Under the pieces are notes generated by a model, which saw nothing but the letters and a program-made list of their open reading frames with translations, did no database searches and was not told the origin of the DNA. A stretch of DNA of 64,000 nucleotides from Acetobacteraceae bacterium (GTDB taxonomy: Bacteria; Pseudomonadota; Alphaproteobacteria; Acetobacterales; Acetobacteraceae), in the NCBI GenBank assembly GCA_041487355.1, contig JBGPND010000001.1, positions 17,791 through 81,790 on the forward strand. Reading direction: 5' to 3'. The number at the start of each line of letters is the position of its first letter. Within the stretch, counting starts at the first letter, position 1. Position numbers and translations under genes: made by a program. Positions 9,355 to 18,292 of the stretch are shown here, in pieces.

Positions 9355-9435
9355 TGTCATTGCGAGCGCAGCGAAGCAATCTCGGTGCGCACTTGCCCCG
9401 AGATTGCCGCGTCGCTGCGCTCCTCGCAATGACAG
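9355..9435. repeat. palindromic REP, family A (TGTCATTGCGAG ... CTCGCAATGACA)
   Basis: 81-nt imperfect palindrome between the convergent LysR gene and mgtA. Related copies lie at 36596-36690, 41301-41356 (half) and 62934-63017. Confidence 0.9.
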
Positions 9436-9508
9436 TATGGGTCGAGTGGCCGGTTACCTCACACGCTCATCTGCGGGCACGACGACAATCAGTCATCGTC
9501 TCCACGCG

Positions 9509-12187
9509 CTACATCCCCCAGCGCCGGACGAACCACATCTTCACGAAATGGGTGAGCACCGCGTAGGCAAGCAGCATCGCCGCCACGCAGGCCCAGTACA
9601 GCGGCGGCAGCGGCACGAAGCCGAGCGTCGTGCCCAGCGGCGTATAAGGAATGGTGCCGCCGATCGCCGCGATGACGATGGTGGTCAGGATCAGTGGCGT
9701 GCTGGCGCGGCTTTCGAGAAACGGAATCCGCGCGGTGCGGATGATGTGGATGATCAGCGTCTGCGTCAGCAGCGATTCGACGAACCAGCCGGCCTGAAAC
9801 AGCGGCGCGTTGTTCCAGGAATCGAACACGTAGAGCATGGTGAAATAGGTGGCGTAGTCGAAGATCGAACTCATTGGACCGATCAGGACGACGAATTTCG
9901 TCAGATTGCCGATGTCCCAACGGCGCGGCACGGTAAGGTATTCCGGATCGACATTGTCGGTTGGAATCGTCGTCTGCGAGAAATCGTAGAGCAGGTTGTT
10001 GGTCAGGACCTGAATCGGTTGCATAGGCAGGAATGGCAGGAAGATGCTGGCACCGAGCACGCTGAACATGTTGCCGAAATTCGAGCTGGCACCCATTTTG
10101 ATGTACTTGGTGATGTTGCCGAAGATCTTGCGGCCTTCCAGCACGCCCTCGCCCAGCACGGCCAGGCTCTTCTCCAGCAGGATGATGTCGGCGGATTCCT
10201 TGGCGATATCCACCGCCGTGTCGACCGAGACACCGACATCGGCGGCCTTCAGCGCCGGCCCGTCGTTGATGCCGTCGCCGAGGAAGCCCACCACGTGGCC
10301 ACGTCGGTGTAGCGCATCGATCACCCGCGCCTTCTGCGCCGGTGAGACCTTGGCGAACACGCTGGCCTCTTCGGCGGCGACGCCGAGCGCCTCGTCGGAC
10401 ATCGCCTCGACCTCGCTGCCCAGCACGATGCGGCCCATCGGCAAGCCGACCTGGTGACAGATCGTGCGCGTGATCACCTCGTTGTCGCCGGTCAGGATTT
10501 TCACTGCCACCCCGGAGCGGTTCAACATGACGATCGCAGCCGCCACCGTCTCCTTCGGCGGATCGAGGAAGGCGATGTAGCCCAGCAGCGTCAGTCCGGT
10601 TTCATCCGGCACGTCATAGCTGCGCTTCGGTTCGGCGATCTCCTTGAATGCGACGGCGACGACGCGGAATCCTTCGGAATTGAGCTTCTCCATTTCCCGC
10701 TTGGCATCGGCGAAGTGCGTGGCATCGAGCGTGCCACCCGTATCGCCCAGCACGTAATGGTCGCAGACTGCGAAGATCTCCTCGACCGCGCCCTTGGCGA
10801 TCAGCAGATGCGTGCCGTCGCCACGATCCAGCACGACGGACATCCGCCGGCGCTGGAAGTCGAAGGGAATTTCGTCGACCTTGGCATAACGCGCGGCGAT
10901 GCTCGCATGTTCAGGACGTTGCGCATGCCGCAACACCGCCTCGTCCAACAGGTTCTTCAAGCCGGACTGGTAGTGGCTGTTCAGAAAGGCGTATTCCAGG
11001 ACGCGGGCGGATTCCTCACCCTCGAAGTCCAGGTGGTATTGCAAGATGATGCGGTTTTGCGTCAGCGTGCCGGTCTTGTCGGTGCACAGCACGTTCATCG
11101 CACCGAAATTCTGAATCGCGTTCAGCCGCTTGACGATGACCCGCTTGTGCGCCATGGCGATCGCGCCCTTCGCCAGGTTCACCGTCACGATCATCGGCAA
11201 CATTTCGGGTGTCAGCCCCACGGCGACGGCAACGGCGAACAGCAGCGCCTCCGTCCAGTTGCCCTTGGTCAGGCCGTTGATCAGAAATACCGCGGGCACC
11301 ATCACGCAGATGAAGCGGATCATCAGCCAGGTGAAACGGGTGATGCCCTTGTCGAAATCGGTCTGCGCCCGCTGTCCGACGAGGCTGTCCGCGAGCTGAC
11401 CGAAGTAGGTCCGTCCGCCGGTCTGCAGGACCAGGCCGGTCGCCGTGCCGCTCAGCACGTTGCTGCCCATGAAGCACAGGTTCGTCAGGTCGAACGGGTC
11501 GGTTATCGTCGCCGGGGGCACATCCTCGTGCTTGTCCACCGGCATCGCCTCGCCGGTGAGCGCCGCCTGGTCGACGTGCAGGTCCTTCGTCGCCAACAGC
11601 CGGAGATCGGCCGGCACCAGGTCCCCGGCAGACAGTTGCACGATGTCACCCGGCACCAGCCGGTCGATCGGCACCTCCTTCGCTTGCGAGCCATCGCTTG
11701 GCGAGCGGCGCCGCACCGTCGCCGTCGTCTTCACCATCGCGCGCAACTCGGCCGCCGCACGGTTGGAACGGTGTTCCTGCACGAAGGCCAGACCCACACT
11801 GAGCACGACCATCGATGCGATGACGACTGCGGCACGCGCATCGCCGGTCAGCCAGGAGACGACGGCGAGCGAAAGCAGCAGCGCGTTCAATGGATTCTTG
11901 GCGCGACCAGCGAGTTCGCGCGGAATGGTCTGCGGCCGTTCGCGCGCGATCTGGTTTGGGCCGAGCCGCCGCAGCCGGCCGGCCGCCGCCAATTCGCTCA
12001 GTCCGTCAAGCGACGTGCCGAATTTGCCGAGCAGTTGCTCCGGCGCGATCCGACTGTTGGCGATCATCTCGCCAGACGACGCGACTTCCGTCGGTGCATG
12101 CCTGCCACCGACGCCCCACCATCGCAGGTGCCACCGCCGGCGATCGGCGGTCGGTTCGCCGCGCTCCCGCACCGATCCTTCCGTCAT
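9509..12187 (-). CDS. mgtA: magnesium-translocating P-type ATPase
   Basis: 892 aa with CTDKTGTLT, ILTGDN and GDGINDGPALK motifs and MgtA-like topology. GGGAGG lies 8 nt upstream of ATG 12187. Confidence 0.9.
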   Translation of the reverse strand: MTEGSVRERGEPTADRRRWHLRWWGVGGRHAPTEVASSGEMIANSRIAPEQLLGKFGTSLDGLSELAAAGRLRRLGPNQIARERPQTIPRELAGRAKNPLNALLLSLAVVSWLTGDARAAVVIASMVVLSVGLAFVQEHRSNRAAAELRAMVKTTATVRRRSPSDGSQAKEVPIDRLVPGDIVQLSAGDLVPADLRLLATKDLHVDQAALTGEAMPVDKHEDVPPATITDPFDLTNLCFMGSNVLSGTATGLVLQTGGRTYFGQLADSLVGQRAQTDFDKGITRFTWLMIRFICVMVPAVFLINGLTKGNWTEALLFAVAVAVGLTPEMLPMIVTVNLAKGAIAMAHKRVIVKRLNAIQNFGAMNVLCTDKTGTLTQNRIILQYHLDFEGEESARVLEYAFLNSHYQSGLKNLLDEAVLRHAQRPEHASIAARYAKVDEIPFDFQRRRMSVVLDRGDGTHLLIAKGAVEEIFAVCDHYVLGDTGGTLDATHFADAKREMEKLNSEGFRVVAVAFKEIAEPKRSYDVPDETGLTLLGYIAFLDPPKETVAAAIVMLNRSGVAVKILTGDNEVITRTICHQVGLPMGRIVLGSEVEAMSDEALGVAAEEASVFAKVSPAQKARVIDALHRRGHVVGFLGDGINDGPALKAADVGVSVDTAVDIAKESADIILLEKSLAVLGEGVLEGRKIFGNITKYIKMGASSNFGNMFSVLGASIFLPFLPMQPIQVLTNNLLYDFSQTTIPTDNVDPEYLTVPRRWDIGNLTKFVVLIGPMSSIFDYATYFTMLYVFDSWNNAPLFQAGWFVESLLTQTLIIHIIRTARIPFLESRASTPLILTTIVIAAIGGTIPYTPLGTTLGFVPLPPLYWACVAAMLLAYAVLTHFVKMWFVRRWGM

Positions 12188-12354
12188 GATGTCAGCCTCC
12201 CGGTTCGAGCACTCTGCAACGATGCCATACTTGGGAGCGATACCAAGCGGCTGGTCCGCACTGCTCTATGTTCGCCAGGTTCGCTCGTTCGGCAAATAGC
12301 GCGTAACATGCCATGCGCGGTCAGAGGCCACCGCGGCAGCCATGGAGCAAAGCG

Positions 12355-12759
12355 ATGCCGTTCGACGAAACCTCCCGTCGCCCTGGCCGCAGGCCGTCGC
12401 GCAACGTGCTGGGCGGTTCGCTCGACACCTGCTCGATCAGGCCGATGACCGGCTTCTTCCGCAACGGCTGCTGCGAAACCAGCGCCGAGGACCTCGGCAG
12501 CCACACGGTCTGTGCCGTGATGACGGCGGAGTTCTTGGCATTCAGCAAGGCATGCGGCAACGATCTGTCGACGCCGCGGCCCGAATTCGGCTTTGCCGGT
12601 TTGCAACCCGGCGATCGCTGGTGCCTGTGCGCGCCGCGCTGGCAGGAGGCGCTGGAGACCGGCGCCGCACCGCGCGTCGTGTTGCGCGCCACCGAGGAGG
12701 GAGCACAGCAGCATTGCGCGCTGGCCGACCTCAAGAAGTACGCCGTCGACCTGGCTTGA
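12355..12759 (+). CDS. DUF2237 family protein
   Basis: ...NVLGGSLDTCS..MTGFFRNGCCETSAEDLGSHTVCAVMTAEFLAFSKACGNDLSTP...GDRWCLCAPRW... matches the DUF2237 pattern as I recall it. I chose ATG 12355; the ORF opens at 12313. Confidence 0.8.
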   Translation: MPFDETSRRPGRRPSRNVLGGSLDTCSIRPMTGFFRNGCCETSAEDLGSHTVCAVMTAEFLAFSKACGNDLSTPRPEFGFAGLQPGDRWCLCAPRWQEALETGAAPRVVLRATEEGAQQHCALADLKKYAVDLA

Positions 12760-12762
12760 GGC

Positions 12763-13719
12763 GTGGCCAGCGACCTCCCCGCCGAATTCGCGCTGATCGC
12801 GCGGCATTTCAGGCCGCTTGCCGGGCCAGGGGCGCTCGACCTGCAGGACGACGCGGCGGTGCTGGCGCCGCCGCCAGGACGCGAACTGGTGCTGACCGCC
12901 GACGCAATGGTGGCCGGCGTCCATTTCCTACCGGACGATTCGCCGGATCTCGTCGGGCGCAAGCTGCTGCGCGTGAACCTGTCCGACCTCGCGGCCAAGG
13001 GAGCGACGCCGCTCGGCTACCTGATGACCGTCTCGACACCGCGCGACACACCGGATGCCTGGTTCGCCGGCTTCGCCGCCGGCCTGGCGCAGGATCAGAA
13101 GGAGTACGGCGTCACGCTGCTCGGCGGCGACACCACCTCGACGCCCGGGCCGATCTCGCTGTCGCTCACCATCCTCGGCCATGTCGCACCCGGCCAGGCC
13201 GTCCATCGCGTGGGGGCGCAACCGGGTGACGGCATCTGGGTCACCGGCACGATCGGCGACGGCGCGCTCGGGCTCGCCGTGGCACGCGGCAGGCTGCAGG
13301 ACCCCAGCGGCTATCTGCTCTCGCGCTACCGGCTGCCACAGCCGCGTGTCGGCCTGGCGATCGCCGGCATCGCCTCGGCCGGCATGGATGTATCCGACGG
13401 GCTGGTGCAGGACCTCGGCCACCTCTGCCGCGCCGGCGGCCTCACCGCGGAGATCGACGCCGCGCTCGTGCCGCTGTCGCCGCAGGCACGCCAGGCGGGG
13501 CCGGAGTGGCTGGTCACCTGCCTCACCGGCGGCGACGATTACGAACTGCTGCTGGCGGTCCCGCCTGGCCGCGAAGCCGCCCTGCAGCAGGTTGCACAGG
13601 CTGCCGGCATCGCTGTCACGCGGATCGGCAGCTTCCGCTCCGGGCCAGCGCAGGTCATGGTGCGCGGCCCCGATGGCAAACCGATGACGCTTGCCACCGG
13701 CGGCTGGAGCCACTTCTGA
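12763..13719 (+). CDS. thiL: thiamine-monophosphate kinase
   Basis: GTG start; EFALIARHF...DDAAVL...LTADAMVAGVHF...GGDT; 318 aa. Confidence 0.9.
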   Translation: MASDLPAEFALIARHFRPLAGPGALDLQDDAAVLAPPPGRELVLTADAMVAGVHFLPDDSPDLVGRKLLRVNLSDLAAKGATPLGYLMTVSTPRDTPDAWFAGFAAGLAQDQKEYGVTLLGGDTTSTPGPISLSLTILGHVAPGQAVHRVGAQPGDGIWVTGTIGDGALGLAVARGRLQDPSGYLLSRYRLPQPRVGLAIAGIASAGMDVSDGLVQDLGHLCRAGGLTAEIDAALVPLSPQARQAGPEWLVTCLTGGDDYELLLAVPPGREAALQQVAQAAGIAVTRIGSFRSGPAQVMVRGPDGKPMTLATGGWSHF

Positions 13720-13794
13720 TGATGCTTTGGATGATGCGATTCACGCTTCGCACCTTCGGCGCTTCGCGACCGCATCATTGAACTGGCCGCAGAG

Positions 13795-14964
13795 ATGAAC
13801 CGCAACGTCTGGCTCCTGTTCTGCTGTCAGGCGCTGATGAACGCCGTGATGTCCGGCCAGACGGTGATGAGCGCGCTGATCGGCCACGCACTGGCGGTGG
13901 ACAAGGCGCTGAATACGCTGCCGATGGCGATCCAGATGACCGCGACGATGACCGCCTCGATCCCGGCCGGCATCGTGTTTTCCCGGCTTGGCCGCAAGCC
14001 GGGGTTCTGGCTCGGCTGCATCGGCTCGCTGCTCGGCAGCCTGACCTTCGCCCTCGGCGTCTGGCTCGGGAATTTCCAGGTCTATTGCGCGGGGGCCGCC
14101 TGTGCCGGGCTGGGCTTTGGCATCGCGCAGCATCTGCGCTTCGCGGCGGCCGAAGTGGCTGCACCGGAAGCGCGCACCCGCGCCATCGCCCTGGTGATGG
14201 CCGGCGGTGTGCTGGCCGCCATCATCGGCCCGGAAATCGTCAAGCGCACCAACATGCTGCTGCCACCGCTGATGTTCCTCGGCACCTATCTGTGCCTGAC
14301 GATCCTGCCGCTGATCAGCGCCACGCTGCTGCTGTTCATCGAATTGCCGCCGGCGGTCCGGCCGGTGAGCGAACCGGTGCCGTTCCGCACCATCATCGCC
14401 CGCCCCAGCTTCCTGACCGCCGTGGTCTCCAGCATGGTCGGCTACGGCACGATGAACCTGGTCATGGCATCGACGCCGCTGCAGATGCTGTTCTGCGGCT
14501 TCGGCGTGAACGCCAGCGCCGACGTGATCCGCGCGCATTCGATCGCCATGTTCCTTCCCGGCTTCGTCACTGGACGGCTGATCCAACGCTTCGGTGCGCA
14601 TTCGATCATCTGCACCGGCGCCGTGCTCACGCTGCTCTGCGTCGTCACCAACCTGAGCTTCAGCCCGGTGCTCGCCACGTTCATGGTGGCGCTGGCCCTG
14701 CTCGGCGTGGGCTGGAACTTCCTGTTCGTCGGCGGCACCACGCTGCTGGCGACCTCCCACGACCCGCACGAGCGCGTGCGCGTTCAGGCGACGAACGACT
14801 TCATCGTGTTCGGCACCGTTGCGTGCACAGCCTTTGCGTCAGGCGCCATCGAGGCAACCGGCGGCTGGGCCGCGCTGAACCTGGTGGTCGTGCCGCCGAC
14901 GCTGCTGGCGGCTGGGTTGGTGGTCTGGCACTGGTCCGCCCGCGCGCGGCTGGCGCCGGCGTGA
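13795..14964 (+). CDS. MFS transporter
   Basis: 389 aa with about 12 hydrophobic segments and an MFS-type loop motif (FSRLGRKPG). Confidence 0.8.
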   Translation: MNRNVWLLFCCQALMNAVMSGQTVMSALIGHALAVDKALNTLPMAIQMTATMTASIPAGIVFSRLGRKPGFWLGCIGSLLGSLTFALGVWLGNFQVYCAGAACAGLGFGIAQHLRFAAAEVAAPEARTRAIALVMAGGVLAAIIGPEIVKRTNMLLPPLMFLGTYLCLTILPLISATLLLFIELPPAVRPVSEPVPFRTIIARPSFLTAVVSSMVGYGTMNLVMASTPLQMLFCGFGVNASADVIRAHSIAMFLPGFVTGRLIQRFGAHSIICTGAVLTLLCVVTNLSFSPVLATFMVALALLGVGWNFLFVGGTTLLATSHDPHERVRVQATNDFIVFGTVACTAFASGAIEATGGWAALNLVVVPPTLLAAGLVVWHWSARARLAPA

Positions 14965-14980
14965 GCCTGGGTCCCGACGA

Positions 14981-15505
14981 TCAGTAGGCCGGCGCCGGTG
15001 CGCCCCCGGACGGCGCGCCAGGCGTCGGCGCGAACGCGCTGAAGCGGCCGATATTGCCGAACAACTGCTGCAGGAACGTGGCCTCGGTCCCCGGCGACGG
15101 GGTCGAGCGTGCCACCACCGACACCGGCAGCGCATCGTCCTGGTTGAGCCGCTTCATATCCTGCAGCACGCCCTGATCGTTGAAGCTCAGCACCACCACG
15201 TCCTGGCTCAGCACGCCCTGGGTGCGGGCGATTCGCGGGCGGGTGACCTCGCTGATGTAGATCCAGGTGTTGTCATCGAAGGTGGCCCGCGCGGTCGGCG
15301 ATCCGATCAATGCCGTCACGTCGGCCCGTGTGGAGGTTCCGGGCACCAGCTCCTTGAGCTGGTCCGCGTCCACGCGATTGCCGCGCAGTTGCGGCTGCGC
15401 TTCGAAGAAGCTGCAGCCGCCGAGCAGCAGGCAGGCGACCAGGAGCAGTCGGGCGCATCCACGCACGGAGTATGATAACAGAAAGGCTGAATGGTCTCTG
15501 TCCAC
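14981..15505 (-). CDS. bamE: outer membrane protein assembly factor BamE (SmpA/OmlA lipoprotein)
   Basis: Lipobox LLLGGC, then QLRGNRVDADQLKELVPGTSTRADVTALIGSPT...DDNTWIYI. GTG 15505 has GAGGA 9 nt upstream. An alternative GTG lies at 15466. Confidence 0.8.
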   Translation of the reverse strand: MDRDHSAFLLSYSVRGCARLLLVACLLLGGCSFFEAQPQLRGNRVDADQLKELVPGTSTRADVTALIGSPTARATFDDNTWIYISEVTRPRIARTQGVLSQDVVVLSFNDQGVLQDMKRLNQDDALPVSVVARSTPSPGTEATFLQQLFGNIGRFSAFAPTPGAPSGGAPAPAY

Positions 15506-15583
15506 CTGGGCGTATCCTCGGCTCCGCGCTATGTCACCTCGGTGTCACGGCGGCCGGTCGCTTGTCAATCGTGGGCCCCGGAC

Positions 15584-16177
15584 GTGTCGCGGCTGCTGAC
15601 AAGGGTAATCGCATTGGTGGCGGGTCTGCTGGGTCTGAAGGGGTTGCGCCGGGCCAACCGCCATGCGCGGGCTGGCTTTGCGCTGTATGGCACCGCGGTC
15701 GCCGCGGCGCGCGAAGGGTATCTCTACGAGTCGCTCGGCGTGCCGGACACGCTGGATGGCCGGTTCGACCTCGTGTCGCTTTACGCCTTCCTGCTGATCC
15801 ATCGCCTGCGCGGATTGCCCGAGCCCGGCCCGGCCCTGGCTCAGGCGGTGTTCGATGCCATGTTCAGCGACATGGACATGAACCTGCGCGAGCTGGGGGT
15901 GAGCGACCTGAGCGTCGGCAAGCGCGTGCGCGCGATGTGGGAAGCGTTCCACGGCCGCGCCAACGCCTATGCGGCGGCGATGCAGGCAGCAGACCACGCG
16001 GCGCTGGAGGCGGCGCTGGCACGCAACGTCTGGCGTGGCGCGGCGCCGCCCGATGGGGCGCCCGCTGCGCTGGCCCGCCTGATGCTGGCGCAGACCGCGT
16101 ATCTGGCCACCCAGGAGCCCGCCGCGCTCGCATCGGGCGAGGCGCGGTTCCTGCCGGCCGTGGCGGCAGTGCGATGA
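15584..16177 (+). CDS. ubiquinol-cytochrome c chaperone (Cbp3-like) family protein
   Basis: ...LYGTAVAAAREGYLYESLGVPDTLDGRFDLVSLYAFLLIHRL... The start is uncertain: the ORF opens at 15491, I chose GTG 15584, and a TTG at 15614 is also possible. Confidence 0.7.
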   Translation: MSRLLTRVIALVAGLLGLKGLRRANRHARAGFALYGTAVAAAREGYLYESLGVPDTLDGRFDLVSLYAFLLIHRLRGLPEPGPALAQAVFDAMFSDMDMNLRELGVSDLSVGKRVRAMWEAFHGRANAYAAAMQAADHAALEAALARNVWRGAAPPDGAPAALARLMLAQTAYLATQEPAALASGEARFLPAVAAVR

Positions 16178-16668
16178 CGCCCGAGCTGCACAGGCCGCTC
16201 GCGGTAGCGCGGGTCGGCCCTGCCGGGCTGGCTTTCGTGGTCGAGGCCAGTCGGGACGAATGTGCCGCGCTGGCGCTTCGGATGAACCTGCCCGAGGTGC
16301 TGTCGCTGACCTGCCGTTTTCATCTGGAACAGGATCTTGCCGAGACCCTGGTGGCGCACGGCCATCTGATCGCGCAGGTCGTGCAGACCTGCATTGTTTC
16401 GCTCGACGACTTCACAACGACTGTCGAGGAGCGTTTCGCGATCCGTTGTGTAGCGGCGGGCACGGAGAGCGACGATTCGGACCCCGAGGCACTGGACGAG
16501 ATCCCCTATGTCGACGGGATCGTCGATCTTGGCGAGGCCGCCGCCGAGCAGCTCGCGCTGGCGCTCGATCCATATCCCCGCGCCGCCGGCGCAGTGCTGC
16601 CGGAAATCGAGGCCGACCCGGAACCTCACCAGTTTGCCGCCCTCGCCGCGCTGAAGCGTCGCCACTAG
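16174..16668 (+). CDS. YceD/DUF177 family protein
   Basis: ATG 16174 overlaps the upstream stop (ATGA). An acidic C-terminal half with ...DEIPYVDGIVDLGEAAAEQLALALDPYPR... is typical of DUF177. Confidence 0.85.
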   Translation: MTPELHRPLAVARVGPAGLAFVVEASRDECAALALRMNLPEVLSLTCRFHLEQDLAETLVAHGHLIAQVVQTCIVSLDDFTTTVEERFAIRCVAAGTESDDSDPEALDEIPYVDGIVDLGEAAAEQLALALDPYPRAAGAVLPEIEADPEPHQFAALAALKRRH

Positions 16669-16825
16669 CGTGGCGCGTATCCCCAGCAATGATGTGCATG
16701 GCGCTTGACGCGGACCGTCAGTAATACTAACTAACACCCGTCAACGGGCGGACTCCGCCCGGAAGCCGAAGGCGCGGTGAGCGCCGTCCAACACAGCCTC
16801 CCCCCCTCAAATCGCCGGAGACACG

Positions 16826-17236
16826 ATGATCATGGACCTGACACCGCTGGTGCAGGCGCTGACGGCGCTTGCCTTGGTGGCACTCACTTCGGCCACGCCC
16901 TATCTCGCGCCGGTGCTGCGCCGCTACCTGCACATCCGGCTCACCGCGACCCAGGCCGCGGCGATCCAGTCGGCCGCGGATGCCGGCGCCAAGGCCGCCT
17001 ACGGCTACATTGCCACGAACACCGCCAGCTATCGCGATGTGACGATCCGGAACGTAGCCCTGGCCAAGGGCGTGCAACATGTCATCGCATCAACGCCGGA
17101 AGCCCTGGCCGCGCTTGGCATCACGGAGGACCACGTCCGGCGGATGGTCGAGGCAAGGTTCGGCGGCCTGCTCGCGGCCGATCCGAGCGTCTCGATCGCC
17201 GAGACGCAGCCAATCCCGGCGCAAGCCGCCGCCTGA
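16826..17236 (+). CDS. hypothetical protein with an N-terminal transmembrane anchor
   Basis: 136 aa with strong GC3 bias and GGAGA upstream. One N-terminal TM segment (LVQALTALALVALTSATPYLAPVL) is followed by a helical soluble part. The architecture is reminiscent of LL-H-type phage holins (from memory only). Confidence 0.55.
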   Translation: MIMDLTPLVQALTALALVALTSATPYLAPVLRRYLHIRLTATQAAAIQSAADAGAKAAYGYIATNTASYRDVTIRNVALAKGVQHVIASTPEALAALGITEDHVRRMVEARFGGLLAADPSVSIAETQPIPAQAAA

Positions 17237-17264
17237 CCCCAACCAACAACCCGGAGACTTCAAC

Positions 17265-17597
17265 ATGCGACGCAACATCCTCGTGGCTCTAGGTGTGTAC
17301 GGGCTGCCCCTGATCGCCAGCCTGTCCGCGTGCAGCAACCTCCCGCCCGACCAGCAGGCGAAGATCACGCAGGCGCTCGTCGTGGCCTGCGATGTCGACG
17401 GCGCGGTCGTGCCTCTCGCGCAACCCGTCGTCGCCACGCTCGGCCCGGCCGGCGCGACCGTCGCCAGTGTGGACAGCCTGCTCGTCCACCCTGCCGTCGT
17501 GGCTGCATGCCAGCGGCTCGGCGGCACGCCGGCCGGCGTAGCGCCGGTCGCTACCCCCGTCACGGTTCCCGATGCCGCTGCCGCATCCCCGGGCTGA
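17265..17597 (+). CDS. putative lipoprotein
   Basis: MRRNILVALGVYGLPLIASLSAC has a lipobox; 110 aa, Ala/Pro/Val-rich. Confidence 0.6.
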   Translation: MRRNILVALGVYGLPLIASLSACSNLPPDQQAKITQALVVACDVDGAVVPLAQPVVATLGPAGATVASVDSLLVHPAVVAACQRLGGTPAGVAPVATPVTVPDAAAASPG

Positions 17598-17695
17598 CGA
17601 TTGCAACAACGCCTGGCGGCCAGTCTATCGCTCCCGATTCGGAGGCGCGTGACTCCACGTGCATTGGCCGCCAAGCGGTGCCATATTGATCAAAC

Positions 17696-17899
17696 ATGTT
17701 CAACACATCCTATCAAGTGATCCGTCAGCCAGATGGCAGCTTCCAGGTGAGGCTTACCAAATCCGGCGACCTTCCCCGCATCGCAGTTGGCTTTGCCACA
17801 TTGGCCGACGCAAACGCCTGGGTGGCACGCGACAGGCGCCTGGCCAGTGTGCCCGATCCCTGGATCCCGAGCGCACACCGGCGCTTGAACCGACGCTGA
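17696..17899 (+). CDS. small hypothetical protein
   Basis: 67-aa ORF (MFNTSYQVIRQPDGSFQVRLTKSG...). The coding bias is acceptable. I recognise no family. Confidence 0.4.
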   Translation: MFNTSYQVIRQPDGSFQVRLTKSGDLPRIAVGFATLADANAWVARDRRLASVPDPWIPSAHRRLNRR

Positions 17900-18057
17900 C
17901 GGCCAGCAGGCCAATGCCCGAACCGCGCCGCGCGTCCCTTGCGACCCGCCCTACCCTCTGCTAGACGGCGCGGCTTGCATTGTTGACAGAATGTGACTGC
18001 CCCATCCTGCCTTAACCGAACCGCAGGGCATCACGCAGACCGGAGGGGCGAAGTCCC

Positions 18058-18261
18058 ATGGCCGTTCCCAAGAGAAAGACTTCGCCGTCCCGCCGTGGCA
18101 TGCGACGCAGCCACGAGGCCCTGCCCCGCGAGACACACGCCGAATGCCCGAACTGCGGCGAGCTGCGGCGGCCGCATCACGTCTGCAGCCATTGCGGCTT
18201 CTATGACGGGCGCGAGGTCGTGGCAGCCGGGAAGGCGCTGAAGGGCGCTGTTCGGGCCTGA
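18058..18261 (+). CDS. rpmF: 50S ribosomal protein L32
   Basis: [19 protein letters not shown]... with a CPNCG...CSHCG zinc ribbon. Confidence 0.95.
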   Translation: MAVPKRKTSPSRRGMRRSHEALPRETHAECPNCGELRRPHHVCSHCGFYDGREVVAAGKALKGAVRA

Positions 18262-18292
18262 CGCCGGGCCGCAGCGTGGCCTCCGTACGCCC

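Noticed and set aside
12188-12354. Mg2+-sensing leader or leader peptide upstream of mgtA; a 16-codon ORF MACYALFAERANLANI is present on the minus strand.
   Set aside because: The mini-ORF is not proline-rich like mgtL. I recognised no M-box-like sequence, and the region also has to hold the divergent DUF2237 promoter. There is not enough evidence.
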